DNA from: Octopus sinensis
Lineage: Eukaryota
NCBI RefSeq assembly: GCF_006345805.1
Contig: NC_043001.1
Location: forward strand, 120,156,001 to 120,220,000
Length of the DNA: 64,000 bases
Reading direction: 5' to 3'
Shown here piece by piece: positions 25,574-38,645 of the stretch; within the stretch, counting starts at the first letter, position 1, and the number at the start of each line of letters is the position of its first letter. The translations under genes were made by a program, and so were the position numbers. The notes beneath the pieces are model-generated. The model was not told the DNA's origin, ran no database searches, and was given only the letters and a program-made list of their open reading frames with translations.

Positions 25574-25680
25574 TGTATGTATGTATGTATGTATGTATGT
25601 ATGTATGTATGTATGTATGCATGTATGTATGTATGTATGTATGTATCTATCTATCTATCTATCTATCTATCTACCTTTCT

Positions 25681-25856
25681 AGTGAGAATTTACAAAAAAA
25701 AAAAACAGAAGACGAAGACGGGTATGTAAACAACAAACAGATGTATTAGTTTAATGCTTTTACGTTTCGAGCCCACGCTCTTCGAGAGAAAGGGACACAG
25801 AAACAAACGAGAGAAAATAAAAAAAAAGGTTTAGTGGCTAGCGATCTATCAAGGCT
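25681..25856 (-). mobile_element. Family E repeat, copy 3, hammerhead-like fold 25757-25792
   Basis: Homologous to 3039-3240, more diverged. Confidence 0.65.
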
Positions 25857-26780
25857 AGCCTTTCTATCTAACTAACTGTGTGTATTTGTGTGTTTATACA
25901 TATAAATTTATCATCATTTGTCCATAAATCAGTAATAAAATCGCAGTAGATACAATAAAACAGCTGTATTTTTTATGAATCTATACATCCATATTTGTCT
26001 ATCACTCACTTTCTTCTTCTCTCCTCCCCCTCTCTCTCTCTATAACTATATACAGAGAGAAATAGAGATAGAAAGATAGATACCTAAATATAGGTTTATA
26101 GATGAAATGTGTATGTATATAGATAAATAGGTAGATATCGCTACTATAATATATATATATATATAATATATATATATACATATATATATATATATCTTAT
26201 ATAATATATATATATATATATATAATATATATATATTATACAATTACATATATATATATACTATATATAAATACATAAATATATATATTATACATATATA
26301 TATATATATATATATATCATTATATAACAATATATACATATATATATTATAATATATATATATATTATATATATGTATGTATCTATGTATGTATGTATGT
26401 ATCTATGTATGTATGTATGTATATACATTCATACATATGGGTGGGTGGGTGTCTGTTATTCACCATTTCGCAAAGGGAGATGACGTCAATCATTTTGTTG
26501 CTATCTACAGCGATATATTACTCAGGTGAATTTTTTTTTTATTACATTGACTACGTCAAGAATATCAATATATGTTCTGAAACTAAAGGTTTCAATCTTG
26601 ACTCAAGAATACAATGTATTCTTCATGAAAGCGAAGATTTTATGAAGCGTCTTTATAATCACTAACAGTCTGGTAGAACAAAAAGACATATTACAAGTTT
26701 ATTACACCGTTATATCAATTTTCCATTTATTCTGTTGTTTTAGCACTCTCAAGACCATGTGTAGATACATGTACATATTC

Positions 26781-26825
<45 letters not shown>

Positions 26826-27268
26826 GTGTAATAAATAAAATATATGCATACATACATACATATATGTACGTACCTACATCTACATGTATATATACATGCA
26901 TATATAAATAAATATATATATATATATAAATGCATGCATATATAAATAAATATATGTGAGTACAGGACACCATAAATAGACGTAGAACTCAACGAGAAAC
27001 GAAAACGGAAAAACAAGCAAGGAACAGACCATATTTTTTTTTACAACGAAAAACAGAGTACAAGACAAATTACACAAGGAAAAATCCCCTTCATCAGCTG
27101 TCCCTAGTTCAACTCCAGCGTGTTTCGAAGGTAGGACAGAACATGACTCGTCAAACTAGCCCTATACCGTTATGTCAGGGGAGAGTCATTTTCTTTTTGT
27201 GCCTTATAATTTAACACACTCACAGGTAAAATTTCCCCTTATTCCTTCTTTTTATTTTCCTAAAATAT

Positions 27269-27589
27269 ATATAATCAAAATAAGAAACAAGATGTAGTGA
27301 TACATCACGACCGTTTCAAGCGGCTTCATTTACTTGAACAATGCGATCGTTACATCAATCTAAATGCAATGCCATCTCCAGCTGCACAAATAAATAAATA
27401 GCGATATAATTTTCCTCCAAAATTATATTAATGTGTCCTACTGGTTAAACTCTATTTATTTATTTGTACAACTGAAGATGGCACTGCATTTAAATCGATT
27501 TAATGATTGTATTGTTCAATTAAATGGAGTCGCTTGAAACGGTTGTAAGGCATCACTACTTGATATACTGTTGCTTATTTTGATTTTAT
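27269..27589. mobile_element. Foldback/MITE-like element with ~130-bp imperfect inverted arms
   Basis: 27269-27400 is approximately the reverse complement of 27452-27589. Confidence 0.8.
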
Positions 27590-27708
27590 TTTTATTACTT
27601 CGAGCTGTGCGGATAATACCGGACTGATTTGGTGTTTCAACTTAAAAACCTAATTCAACTGAATCTCAAATATTTATATATATACACAAACATATATTCA
27701 ATATCATA

Positions 27709-27740
<32 letters not shown>

Positions 27741-27814
27741 CGTATGTATGTATGTATGTATGTATGTATGTATGTATGTATGTATGTATTTTATGTTGTA
27801 TGTATGTACGTATG

Positions 27815-27859
<45 letters not shown>

Positions 27860-28990
27860 ATGGGGAGAGATTGACAGACAGACAGGCAAGCAGCGGAAGA
27901 GAGAAAGAGAACTCTGTGTACTTATATAGTACATATATGCATACATTTTCGTATATAGAAATGTGTGTGCGTAAATAGCAAGAAAAGAGGGAAACGAGAG
28001 GGAGGGAGAGATTTATAGAACTATACGCATACACATACATATATACATATATATGTATATACACCCACATATATATCTATATATATATATATATAATACA
28101 CAATGTATATTTGTGCATATATAGACACACACATGTGTGTGTTTGTGTGTATGTGCATGTGTGTGTATGTGTGTGTGCGCATGCGTGTGTGTGTGTGTGT
28201 GTGTGTTACACAAATAATCAGACATATATGAATCAATTAGTTTTGATAAAAGCATTAGGAAATTTACGACAAGCGTAAGTAGTCAGAATAGCTTTTCTCA
28301 TGTTTATCCGAAATTTGGTGCCATATCGTAATCAACTTAATTCTCCCCAGAGTCGGAATCATCTTTTATTCTTGCGACTTGTCGATAATATAATTAACAG
28401 TCAAACAACGAGATTTGTTCACCAGACTATTGATTCTTCCCCTTATGCTTATTTAAAAAAATCGATATTATATATCAATGGCATATCCTACCACTAATGT
28501 GGCAGATAAATCAAATATATAAGTTTTGTGTTGGAATAGGATGAACGGTAGAGACAGCTGGCGTCTCTCTTGTAATGTTTTCTTAATTTGAAAGTTAAAA
28601 GTGTAAGAAAATAAATTTTAAAAATCGACATTTTACTAAAATTAATGAAAACGAGGAGAGTGATGAAAGAGACTTTAACACATTCTCAGCAACACGTTGA
28701 AAGCGAATATAAAGAACTCGTCTGCGTTGACGTAAAAGCACTGTCAGACATTGAAATAAAGTAGAGAGTGTGAAACGGGAGAGAAAGGGGAAAAAAGAGA
28801 TTAATTCCATAACTTATAAAATTGAAATTGACCAATGGACTATGATTGAAGAATGGGAGGAAGTGCGAGGAGTGTTGGTGTGAGGTGGATGTAACTAAGA
28901 AATTGATATGGAGTGGTACAGAGGTTAGTAACTTTGCAACCGTTGTCGTTCATCTGTCTATAGTACACACCACAGGCATACACACATACA

Positions 28991-29120
28991 CGCACACACA
29001 CGTTCTCACACGCACACACATTCTCACACGCACACACGTTCTCACACGCACGCACGTTCTCACACGCACGCACGTTCTCACACGCACACACGTTCTCACG
29101 CGCACACACGTTCTCACACA
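28991..29120. repeat. 18-bp minisatellite (CGTTCTCACACGCACACA) x7
   Basis: TTCTCA recurs at 29003, 29021, 29039, 29057, 29075, 29093, 29111. Confidence 0.95.
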
Positions 29121-29489
29121 CACACACACATACACATACTCACTCATACACACGCACACATATATAAGCAACTATTCAGCGATACCGCTGAAATCGTAAC
29201 ACGATAGCTACAGAAAACAACACACACACACGCACAGACATATATTTGTGTGTGTGTGTGTGTCCGTGTGTTTGTGTGTGTATGTGTTTGTGTGTGTATG
29301 TGTGTGTGTGTGTGTGTGCGTGTTAGTATACACATGCACATATATATATAGGTGTGTATGCGCAAATACAGACACGTGTGTTGTACGTTTATTTGCATAT
29401 AGACATGCGAGTGTGTTGATATGTGTGTGTTTGTTTAATAAACGTTTACATTTCCTTGTGCGAGTTTATATAAACGTGTAAGTTCCCCT

Positions 29490-29537
<48 letters not shown>

Positions 29538-30088
29538 TCAATCTAAATGAGAGAATATCTGCTTAGTTGCACAAATAACATCCAAATCGCCCTTAATGCG
29601 ATATGCTATCATGTTAAAAAGAAAAACAAATAAACAAAAAGTACAAAAAAAAACGCAAGAACGTTAGATAAGAAGTTTAAAAAAAAGACAGTGTGTTTAT
29701 AACATGAATACTTTAGATGGTAAACAATAACAGCATATACACACATGCATTTATCTATGACAATACATTCACTCAATATATGACATATACAAATCTATAA
29801 AATGAACATGTCCACAAACAGGTTAAGTCAAAGTGAGTCTTTGTTCTGTTTTGTTTTGTTTTGTCTTCTCCTCGATTGGTAACTGTGTCTCCTTCAGTTT
29901 TTGTACAAATGCAAAAGCAGTAAAGATTTCGATGAATTAGTTCTCCGAAGCTTCGCTTTCTGTAGGAAGAAAGCGTTGATGTTATGTCTCAGGCGTCTTA
30001 TCATTACTGTTTTTGCGGTATACCGTTCTAACATCCAAACCGTACAATTAGCGTCGATAATAATATCCTTCAGTATACTTTGTACTTC

Positions 30089-30380
30089 GTGAAGGCACAT
30101 GGCCTAGTGGTTAGAGCAGTGGACTCGCAGTCGAGGGATCGTGGGTTCGAATCTCAGACCGGGCGCTGTGTGTGTTTATGAGTGAAACACCTAAGCTCCA
30201 TGCGGCTCCGACAGAAGGTAATGGTGAACTTCTTCTGACTCTTTCGCCACAACTTTCTCTCACTCTTTCTTCTGCTGCATCTTGCAGCTCACCGGCGTCC
30301 CGTCCAGGTGGGGAACCTATACGCCCAGGAAACCGGGAAACCGGCCCTATAATCCAGTCGTGGCTCGAGAAGGAACAAAC
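30089..30380 (+). mobile_element. tRNA-derived SINE (family C)
   Basis: A box TGGCCTAGTGG 30100-30110, B box GGTTCGAATC 30144-30153; second copy at 45331-45600. Confidence 0.82.
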
Positions 30381-31986
30381 ATACTTTGTATCGAGACGTG
30401 TTTCTTATCCTACTGCTGTTCTCCCAGCAATCCAAATACCAACCAGGTTTTGAACATTCTGTGATCTAGTTAGGCAGTGATCGCCTGCTATTGTTATTGA
30501 TCGTGCTGCCCAGATTTGACTTAATCCTATCACATCCTGCTTGCTATTTTTGTATCCAATACAGAAACATCCACATGTTAATTTGCAAACCGAACTTTGT
30601 AGTTGCAATTACCAAAGCATTCTTCAAGCTTTCTACGTGGACAACTGTTCAATCATCTACAAATGACAGATCTCTGACAAACATATGAAGAAATTAAAGG
30701 CTTTTGTCATCTTGCATTTCTGAGATTTAGGAGTCAATAGTTTATGGGAAGCCACTTTGCAACCGGCACAACTAAAGTTCAGCCGAGAAAACTGGGACAG
30801 CATAAAACGAAACACCATACCCAAGGTCACAATTTAGCGTTCGTACCGGAGATGGAAAACACAACCGCTTCGTCGTGCGTCCAACCGCCATAAAAAGCAA
30901 ATAATATAAGTCCTCTATCAAAAGAATAATTTAATACTTTCAGACAATAACGAGGTTGCTGCCAACAACAGAACTGCATTGGGATAGATGAGTTTGTATC
31001 TCTCAATAAGAACCATTATTGAAATCAAATGGAATACCAATTAAAGTCAATATTCATATATATTATATTTACATTATCATTAAGCTTATGAAGTGGTTTC
31101 ATTTCAACAATGTTTAGAGAAAAAATAGCCTTAAAAAATTGAAGTATTTCAAAACTATGTCGTAAGATTTGTTAGGATTTGTCTGGTGTGCATGTTACAT
31201 GGAAAGAGAAACCGAGGATTCTCCAACCACAGAGAGATAGAGGAAATAGCAAAATTATACTGAGGATAGCGACCTGGGACAGGTAGCAGAAATATGCACA
31301 TGACGTTTCGTGCTGTATAGCAAGACAAAATCATGATTAAAAATATAAAGCTTCCGAAAAGGTATTAGTCATAATATATGCAAGGTTTGAAAATCGAAAC
31401 AACGTCACAAAATCTTCTCACAGAGATCTTGTTTGAATTCTTCGGGTTTAACTGTATTTATAAATACTGGTTTTGTTTCTGATATAATATCCTACAGTTT
31501 AGGGAGCTGGAGAAAATGGACGTTCAGTGCTCATGTTTTTTTTTTCTGTAATAATACATAAAGTGAGATAGCTTCGATCAAAAATCGAAACCGTGCCCAT
31601 GTTAAAGTCAAAAATTAGCAAAGTACTCTCTCTCTCTCTCATTCTTTCTCACTTCCCCTCTCTCTCCATTCTTTCAATAATTCTCTCTCTCTCTCTCTCT
31701 CTCTCACGTCTATATCTTTTTTCCATTTACTCTCTCTCGGTCTCTCTTCCTCTCTTTCTCATACCCACGCACAGATCTGTATCTCTATTTTTCTTTTCTT
31801 TTTTGCTTTTTCTGTGTGTTGCCTCTGTTTCTTTATGCATTTATATTTACATAAAGTTAAACGGACGTGTTTGTAAAGTTAAATATATACACACATATAC
31901 AAATACACGTACTCTTATGTACATACACATTCACACGCACACACGCATACATAGATATGTGTGGTGTGTGTGTGAGTGTGTGCATG

Positions 31987-32050
<64 letters not shown>

Positions 32051-32723
32051 CAGCTTTACAACGTTAACTTGTGCTGAAGATAAATATTGATCTTGGCCTT
32101 GTTGTTCATTGGACAAACTCATACTCGCCATAAACGATGTGAAGGAGATGACGACGTCATCGGTTTCCAAGGGATACCGTGGAGACGAAATAGCAAAGGT
32201 TCATGTTGTATCATTCTTTTTCGATAATTTTCTTAACTGCATAATTTATTTTGACGTATTTTTTTTTCATTGAATACTTTGTGTTGCTTAGATCTCCCTT
32301 GTTTATAAAGCTTCTGTTTGCCCTTAAGTGAGAGAGAGAGATATAGGGGTGGGAGAGTGAGAGAAAGAAAGGGTGGGAGAGAAAAGGAGAAAGAGAAATA
32401 GAGGGGGAGAGAGAGACAAAGAGTAAACAACATTGATAATTCATCACTATCATGTTCGATCATCCAATAAAATAGTTGTGATTAACACTGTTATGCTTGG
32501 TGTATAAGGGCTTTTTCCTTGCTTTATAAATGTGCACACACACACATATATATGCATGCATGCTTGCCTGTATGTGTGTATGTATGTATGCATGCATGCA
32601 TGCATGTATGTATGTATGTATATGTGGGTGTGTGGGTGTGGGTATGCATGCATTTTCTGTTTATCTTTGTCTATTTCTTCTCTGCAGTGTTGTATTTGTT
32701 TTTCACTGCTCGCCCACTTTCTT

Positions 32724-32762
<39 letters not shown>

Positions 32763-32903
32763 TTGTGTGTGTGTACGTATGTATATGTATATATGTATGC
32801 ATGAATGTATCTATGTATGTGTATATTTATATATATATATATATATGGAGAGAGAGGGCGGGGGAGAAGTAATAATGCATATAAACACAGTTATGCCTGA
32901 AAC

Positions 32904-32934
<31 letters not shown>

Positions 32935-34720
32935 GGGGGGTTGGAGTATATTTACATAGTACAAAAATAGTGAATAATATGAAGAAAATACATAATTCCT
33001 TTAGTCGACATCTGTTTCAAGAAGCTAGGAGTTACGAAATAAATATAATAATCATAATTTGGCGATGGAGTACACAAAAAGTCTTGGGTAAGCAATCAGT
33101 AAAGATTCCGCTTGGAGATGATGGCAGCTGACTAGACGGAAAGGCATGGAGAGATAAACGATGGAAGAAAGAAGTAGGAGTGGGAGTTGCGGAAGAAGGA
33201 ATGCTGGGATAGGAATAAAATGGTACAAGGAGAAAAGGAGAAAGAAAATACTAGTAGCATAGCTAAATAATGAGAAAGAGCTTAACCACGATAAGGCTGT
33301 TAGTGTTGTTCGAGGAAGCCCCACAAACGTCGGACCAGGAAAAGGTATAGCGAATATCCTTGGGCTTGAGTTGGTGTATATATGTGCCAGAGAGGTTTAC
33401 CGGCTACACTTGAGAATGAATTTAAGGGAAACCGATAGCGGCGCTTGAAATCAACGGTGCTACCAGTGTAGACCCTAACCGGGTGGGAATGTAGCCGAAA
33501 ATTACAGGTTCTCCCGCTAGCAATCGACCTATGATCATTCCTTGTTCTATGTTAATTCGTATAATTAGTTATTCTTGAGGTAAGACCGGTGGTAGTATCG
33601 TTACTAGTATGGAGCTGGGAGAGGACTTCACTGCAGTCACATGTACTAGGGGCAATGTTGCTATTATTGAAGTGGGTAGAATTCCCGAAGTTCGTAGTAT
33701 TAGTATCGAGCGAGTTCGAGGGGCTTCCAGACGGATAGTTTGTATGGCTCACAGTAAGGGGGCTAAGTTTGCGCCTTCCCTTCTCTTCTACCCTCTTCTT
33801 CCTATTCGTTCTCGCCCTCACCATTGCCGACCCCGTCGCCACTCTCGTTTCATTTCTAGAATCTTCATCGTCACCATCACCACTTGTTACCATAATTACC
33901 ACTCTAATTTATGGTCACCATCATCATCATTATTATCATCATCATCACCATCGTCATTACTATCACTACCATTATCACCATCCATTTGCATTTCCCTTTT
34001 CAACATTATTTGGATCAACTGATTCCTCAAAATCAGCAGCAGCAGCATTAGTATCACCACCACAATAAACTTCCCCTCCACCCCCACCAACATCACCACC
34101 ACCATCTTATCTTCATCGTCATCATCATCGTCATCATTATATTCATTATTGCTGCCGTGACTGTTGTTGGCATTGTCGTCGTTATCATCTCCACTGATGT
34201 CGTTGTTACATTATTAAAACATTGTTTCTTTTTTGTTTGTTATTTTTTAAATAACAATTTTTCCGCTCTTTTCTGGCAAAACAGCGCTTGCGTCAACCTT
34301 ATTACTACAATATCTGTAATCGTATTAGTTCAATCTGTTATTAATGTCTTATTGCTGTCATATTGTTACTGTTGAATTTATAGCTCCTGATGCTATTGTT
34401 TACTTACTGTTTGAAGAATAAAAAATTACAGATCGAATCTTTTAGCAGGAATTGCCGTTATTATTGTTTCTTTTTGTTGTTCTAATATTGTTTTTTTTTT
34501 GTTCTGATTTCACTTTTTTCTCTTTTCGGAGCAGTATGTGAAAGTATAAAGGTGGTATTGAGCGAAATGCACTCAAATATGATGCATTGTACCTTAAAAT
34601 TGTAAGAATGTATAATTTATATTTAACAGGGACAGTGAGAAAGGCTTTGATTTTATCATTAATAACAGCATTCTCCATCATTACCACTCTTCATTGATTT
34701 GAATATTATTATTATTATTA

Positions 34721-34963
34721 TTATTTACATTATTTACAATTGATGGATATTTGTCCTCATCTTGTTTGTTTTTAACACAACGTTTCGGCTGATATACCTT
34801 CCAGCTTTCATCAGGTGTCTTGGGGAAATTTCGAACCTGAGTTCTCATTCCTAAGGTATTTTTCGACGTTTGTTATTATTATTATCATTCAGGTCAATGC
34901 CTGGAAACGATCTCGGAATCTAGGGGTTAGTGGTTCGCGCTCTTAACCACTACGCCATATGCC
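34721..34963 (-). mobile_element. tRNA-derived SINE with internal hammerhead (copy 2)
   Basis: A box TGGCGTAGTGG (34947-34957), degenerate B box (34903-34914), short (AAT)n, HHR 34774-34819, same tail as copy 1. Confidence 0.82.
34774..34819 (-). ncRNA. Minimal type I hammerhead ribozyme
   Basis: GACAC-CUGAUGA-A-AGCUG(10 nt)CAGCC-GAA-ACGU-U-GUGUU; A.C mismatch at the base of stem II. Confidence 0.75.
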
Positions 34964-34988
34964 TGTGGGCTCTTAAATATAGAACTGC

Positions 34989-35447
<459 letters not shown>

Positions 35448-35759
35448 ATCATTTATTATTTTTGTTTACCTGAGCGTGTTTTGGAAGCTCCGTGCGATTG
35501 TCCGTTTTCCATTTTAAAAGTTTTTGTTCTCGTTGATTCCAATGTTCTATCTTGTTTCTTAGTTAGCCTTAAGTACCACATGTTTTTGTTTCTCAAGTGT
35601 TTTTTGTTCCTTGTCCGATGGGGCAAAATTTTAAAAGAAAGAAACTATTTTTCGAAACAGGAAAAATTTCAAAATCGTGCAGTCTTTGTCGATTAGTAAG
35701 CAAGAGAGGAAGGTTTGTGAAGGTTTTGAAAAGTGAAAAAAAAAACCAACTTTGTCAGT

Positions 35760-36900
35760 CTTTTCCTACGAGTCCTATCAGACAATACCTCAGGAGCAGT
35801 AGTTAATAAAATTAGCATTATCAGTGCCAACACCAGCAATAATAATAACAAAAGTAACAACAGCAACAAAAACAGCAACAACAACAGCAGCAGTAGCAGC
35901 AAGGCCAATGGCATGTTACTCAAGCAAGCTCGCAAAATCACTAGCCGCCCCACCACCAAGTGCACCACCAACCCAGTAAGAAGTAATAATGGTAGCGACA
36001 GTGATAATTCCAACACCACTAGCAGTAGTAAAACCACAAAAGAAAAACTATTTCCTACGCCAAAATCACATACATGTTCCATGTCATCTTAACAGAGACC
36101 ATGTATAAACATTTAAAAGAAGCAGAGAAAAACAGTAATCGACAAGAAGGGAAAAAGCTTCAATATACTGCAACATCTCTTGGAGTAAACAGAAAGGAAA
36201 CATTTTTGTACGGGTTCCAATTAATGTAAACAAGGATATGATCTTATGCATTCAGATCAAGTTGAATTCAGATCGAACTAAATGTATGGGACATGCTCAG
36301 AAGCATTCCATGTTACTACAGAAATTGTAGACTTCTCACTTATACCTATTTATCAGGGATGGCGAGTGATCTGAGTAAAACTCTAAGGCATACTACTAGG
36401 ACTAGATTTCTGGTTTTGTGAAATGTGTAGTGTTGGAAGACACTATCACGCTGCTGGAAAGAAATAGGTACAGAAAAAAACAGACTTAGCTGCAATGGGA
36501 TAGGAGATCTTGATTCAGTTAAAACCCGAGACACTCGAAGACAACCACAACCAACAGAGGTCCCAGGAGGACAGCAACTGCAAGTGATAGTGAATGATAA
36601 TAAGCCTCGATGTTACAACTGTGGAAACACTAACTACTTCAACAAAAGAAATTAACAGCTGAAAGAATGTATCTACTATTGTTGGTTTCATCAACAACAG
36701 CAGCAACCACAACACAAACAATCCCAGCAGATACAACGACAGAATAAAACGCTAAAAACAGGAAAAACAACTTCAAGAGTTGAAACAACAGCAACAAAAG
36801 CAACAAAAGAATCACCGCGCATAAGTCGGTGCTGGATATGTTGTTGGCGGAAAAGAAAGTTGCCCTGTAGATACTTGAAAATCATTAAGATGGAAAATGT
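35760..36900 (+). pseudogene. Possible decayed gag-like/LINE ORF1 remnant
   Basis: Asn/Ser-rich frame 35733-36092, then disrupted frames including ETFLYGF and GWRVI, and LQVIVNDNKPRCYNCGNTNYFNKRN (36602-36655), resembling a degenerate CCHC zinc knuckle. Confidence 0.38.
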
Positions 36901-36924
36901 ATGACTGTTGGGGGCTATTCGAAT

Positions 36925-37148
36925 TTATCTTTTTATCTTTTACTTGTTCCAGTCATTTAACTGCGGTCATACTGGGGCACTGTCTTGAAGAACTTTAAGC
37001 CGAATGAATCGACCCCTTATTTTTTAAAGCCTGGTACTTATTCTATCGTTCACATTTGCCAAACCACTAAGTAATCGCACCAGCACCGGTTGTCAAGTGG
37101 TGGTGGTGGTGGTAGTGATGGTTGTGGACAAACATAGACACAAAGACA

Positions 37149-37188
<40 letters not shown>

Positions 37189-37209
37189 ACATATATACGA
37201 CGGGCTTCT
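36925..37209 (-). mobile_element. SINE (family A) 3' part, abutting the LINE at 37208
   Basis: Matches the family A tail modules. Confidence 0.7.
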
Positions 37210-38645
37210 GGCGACGGGTGTTATACCTGCAGACTGGAGAACAGCGATAATCTGCCCAATTTTCAAGAAAGGGAGCCGCGAAGACCCGCTTAACTACCGA
37301 CCGGTTTCCCTTACATCAATTATCAGCAAGATGTTCGAAACCATCCTTAAGAAAAGTATGATGCTCCACCTCCTAAACACAGCCTCTATCTCTGATTCCC
37401 AACACGGCTTCGTGCCGAAGAGATCATGCTTGACCAACTTACGAGTAATGGAAGAATTGGTGACGCGATCCTCGATGATAGTGATGCTGTTAACATCGTT
37501 TTACTGGACTTTGCCAACGCTTTTGACTCGGTAAACCACCGCCTATTGCTTGTCAAGCTTCAAGCATATAGTTTCCATCCGGATATTATACGATGGGTTG
37601 GTGCCTTCCTCTCAGATCGCTCCTTCCAAGTCCAAGTTAATGGTTCGCGGTCCGACGTCTCCAGTGCGAGCAGTGGCGTGCCTCAAGGTTCAGTGCTTGG
37701 GACCTTGTTGTTCTTAGTCTTCATAAATGACTTGCCCGACGACCTCACGCAACACACCCTTCTATTTGCCGACGATATCAAACTGGTCGCTCCTCGCGGT
37801 AATATAGAGGATCTTCGTCGATGCCTCCACCAAATTTGGAAGTGGTCTAACGATTGGGACCTGTGTCTGAACGTGTCAAGGTGCTGTCATCTGCCTGTCG
37901 GCTCTACTCCTGCAACTCAACTTAATTTCGAGCCGGGTCGTCTGCTGCTGGAGAGGACCGATCAGGTAAAGGACCTAGGTATCTTGGTGGATTCCTCCTT
38001 TTCGCCTTCGGCCCAGTGCGTCCATGCTGCCAACAAAGCACGCGGAATTCTGTTCTTGATTCGACGGTCATTCGGAATGCTCACAGCAGCCATATTCCTA
38101 CCACTCTATGTCACGCTGGTGAGACCCATATTGGAGTATGGGATTCAAGCCTCTTCTCCTTATCTCCTCAAAGACATACAGCATCTTGAAAGAGTCCAGA
38201 AGCTGGCTACCCGCATGGTTCATGGTCTCAAAAATTTGTCCTACGAAGAAAGGCTGAGGACGCTCGACCTTTATTCTCTTGAAAAACGCCGCCGCCGTGG
38301 TGATCTCATTCTCGCCCACAACATCATAAGCGGAAAGTGTAACCTCTCGAAAGAGCTGTTCTTCACTCCTGCTCCAGAGCGTCGGCTGCGGGGTCATTCT
38401 GAAAAGCTCTACCTGCGACGATTTCATCTCAATCGAAGGAGAGGAGCTTTCTCCGTCCGGGTTGCGGATCCGTGGAACAAGCTGCCAGACGAGATGGTGA
38501 AGATGCCGACGACCGCTTTGTTCAAAGCCTCCCTTGACCTCAAGTGGCCTGAACTCTTTACATGAACACCACCCTGTACTTAAATCCATGTCCCCCTACA
38601 TGGCCTTGCTATTTGCTTTTGAGCCAAATTAACTAACTAACTAAC
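37208..38645 (+). mobile_element. Young CR1-like LINE (second family), 5'-truncated RT, one frameshift near 37466
   Basis: PADWRTAIICPIFKKG, NYRPVSLTS, SQHGFVPKRSCLTNL, LDFANAFDSV, GVPQGSVLG, LFADDIKL; (TAAC)n tail. Confidence 0.95.

Noticed and set aside
27061-27180. Hammerhead from CTGATGA (27091-27097, minus) and upstream GAAACACG
   Set aside because: Motif order and stems do not assemble into type I, II or III; at most remnants
30093-30165. tRNA gene call for the SINE C head (also the heads at 1833, 16397, 34963, 59571)
   Set aside because: A/B boxes are present but the acceptor stems do not pair and each continues into a repeated body; SINE heads, not tRNAs
30400-30860. RTE fragment (KHMKKLKAF...); similar traces at 22480-22700
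   Set aside because: Resemblance too weak to annotate without an alignment
31255-31315. CTGAGGA-hairpin-GAAA-ATATGCACAT fold
   Set aside because: Stem II and a near-palindromic stem III are present, but position 17 is G and no stem I pairing exists
33896-34375. Acidic/Gly-rich coding exon (DDDD, GGGG tracts)
   Set aside because: Coding-looking runs switch frame repeatedly; consistent with a trinucleotide-repeat mosaic
35470-35644. Minus-strand exon candidate (TAG acceptor, CAG|GTAAAC donor, 58 open codons)
   Set aside because: No homology, weak pyrimidine tract and no partner exon; plausible by chance
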